A program made the position numbers and the translations under genes. From the NCBI GenBank assembly GCA_034780895.1, contig JAUZTB010000001.1, positions 21,767,331-21,831,330 on the forward strand: DNA of 64,000 nt, written 5' to 3'. The notes beneath the pieces were generated by a model. That model worked only from the letters and a program-made list of their open reading frames with translations, had not been told where the DNA came from and did not search any database. Every line of letters starts with the position of its first letter. Positions within the stretch are counted from its first letter, which is position 1. This DNA is from Rhynchobatus australiae (taxonomy: Eukaryota). Shown piece after piece: positions 62,020 to 64,000 of this stretch.

Positions 62020-63582
62020 AGGTCTCTACTGACATCCTATATAATAGTGACAAAGGCCATAGAGTCATAAAGCACAAAAGCAGGCCATTCAACCCACTGA
62101 GTTTGCCCTGACCATCAAGCATCTGTTTACACTAATTCCATTTCGTTCTTCCCCTGGATTCTAGCACTCACCTATACACTGGGGCCAATTTACAGTGGGT
62201 GCATAACCTGCCAGTTTATATATCTTTGGGCTGTGGGAGGAAACTGGAGCACCTGAAGGAAGTCAACTCACTCACAGGGAGTGTACACAAGCTCCCCACA
62301 GACAGCACTAGATGTCAGGATTGGGATACTGAAGCGGTGAGCCAACACTACTCGTTGTGCCACCTAGCCCTCCTTGACTTTCTTGACTTGTCTGCCTCTT
62401 TTGACACAATTGGCCACATCCATCTTCTCTAACTAGAATGCACTCACCCATGTTCACTCTCATCTATCCATTTGTAATCAGATAATCACCTGCAAGTGTT
62501 ACCTGAATCCTCACTAGTGTCTGTGGTATCCCACAGAATCTATCTTTGGCCTCTCCTATTTGTTATCAGCATTAAAACCTTTAGAAACACTAATGGAAAG
62601 CACAACATCTGTTTCTGCTGGAATGTTTGTGACATACCTACTTCACCTCCCTTCATCATTCCACTCCCTCTAAATTATCTGCAATTTATATAGCATAGAG
62701 CATTGATTGAGCAGTAATTTCCTAGAATCCCTGTCACCAACTCTGTTTCCCTGGCCTCTGATTCCACCCTCTCTCTTTATCTATCTGAAATAGAACAGAA
62801 CTGTTTGCAACCTTTGTGCAACATCTCTCCCTGGACCATATAAGTTGCAACATCACTGAGACCACCTGGTTCCACCTCGAAAGCACCACTCTGATCTGAA
62901 ATTTCCTTAATTGATCTGCTGCTGAAACTGTCGTCCACAACTTAATTACCTTAGGCCCGTAATTTTAGTTCATTCCTGGCCATCTTTTTCACTGGATTCT
63001 TCAGAAGGCTGAGGTGATTGAAACCCCCCTACTGATATCACAACTGGCACCATGTGTTGGAACCCAATACTTACATGCTTTCTGGCTTATACTGTCTTTC
63101 ACCTATGCAATATCTTGATGTTAAAATTCTCACCCATTTTCAAATCCCATCTATAGCCTTAGCCAGCTCTGTCACTAGTTCCAAAACCCATTAAGCTTTC
63201 TGTGCTCCTCCAGCTCTTGGTTATCCCCAAATTCTGTCTTTGGTAGGTCTGCATTCAGCATTCTTCTCCCTAAATCTCACCACCTCCACACCTCCCTTTC
63301 CTCCTTTAGGACGATTTTTGAAACTTGTCTCCCTATATCAGCTTACGGTCACTTTATATTTCCTTGCGGCTTGGCCACAAACTTCAAACTTCATCGGCTT
63401 ACTCTCATGAAGCACCTTGNNNNNNNNNNNNNNNNNNNNNNNNNNNNNNNNNNNNNNNNNNNNNNNNNNNNNNNNNNNNNNNNNNNNNNNNNNNNNNNNN
63501 NNNNNNNNNNNNNNNNNNNCTCATGAAGCACCTTGGGATGTTTTCTTGTGTTAAAGGGACTACATAATTACAAACTGTTGTT
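62020..63582 (+). mobile_element. L2-type LINE remnant (RT to 3' end), interrupted by an HE1-like SINE
   Basis: DILYNSDKG before the SINE and FLDLSASFDTIGHIHLL (LDLSAAFDTVDH motif) after it; 3' end tgaagcaccttgggatgttttc..gttaaaggg..tgttgtt. Confidence 0.8.
62058..62362 (-). mobile_element. HE1-like V-SINE
   Basis: Tail catagagtcataaagcacaaaagcaggccattc; V-domain tgtgggaggaaactggagcacc..cacagacagcac. Confidence 0.85.
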
Positions 63583-64000
63583 CAAGATGCTTAAGAGTCA
63601 TCACTGGAATACTTACCCTCAGTACACCAGGCAAAGACCTGATCAAACAATTCAAAATATACAAAAGGGGAACAGATACTAATGTATATTTTATTTAAGA
63701 TTATGGCTAGCACCTTCCAGAGAAGGTGTTTATTACCCAACTGGGCCAAATGACATGTTTCTGTGCTGTAAATTCTTTATATTTCTTTGCATATAACGAG
63801 ACAAGGAGGATTTCAGTTCTGATGTTCTGCACATTTTTAACAACACAGCAACTGGATGTATTGTAGGACATTATGGTTACTGTAAAACTTATGAAGAAAA
63901 ACTGCCTGGCAAATCTCTTTTATTTTGCAAGGGGTAGCGCTGTGTGTCATTTCCACAATAATGATGATATCAATTTCTAGTGATGCAATGGCATGTTGAA

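Noticed and set aside
1-64000. Known conserved miRNAs and a named host gene
   Set aside because: No mature miRNA or exon peptide recognised by eye; needs a database search

Overview
Vertebrate non-coding DNA, almost certainly from a cartilaginous fish. A batoid is my guess from the SINE/LINE tail sequences I recognise; this was not verified by any search. The window is AT-rich, CpG-depleted and broken by many N-gaps; several 100-N gaps carry duplicated flanks, an assembly artefact. I cannot identify any protein-coding gene. The only recognisable peptides are decayed reverse-transcriptase fragments of CR1-, L2- and Rex1/Babar-type LINEs. The remainder is SINEs (Deu-domain/SacSINE1-like, V-domain/HE1-like, AmnSINE2-like), short Penelope-type terminal-repeat fragments, microsatellites, MITE-like palindromes and long TE-poor stretches with local CpG retention. 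Those stretches look like conserved non-coding elements, promoters or small alternative exons of a large gene I cannot name. I found no convincing new biological system. The most unusual items are a three-unit TCTGTGGTG-N9-TTGAGAGG array (17617-17762), a ~175-bp degenerate palindrome (49683-49857), two V-SINE families with the same head but different tails, and nested/inverted retroposons at 58-59.4 kb. Repeat boundaries are read by eye and approximate.
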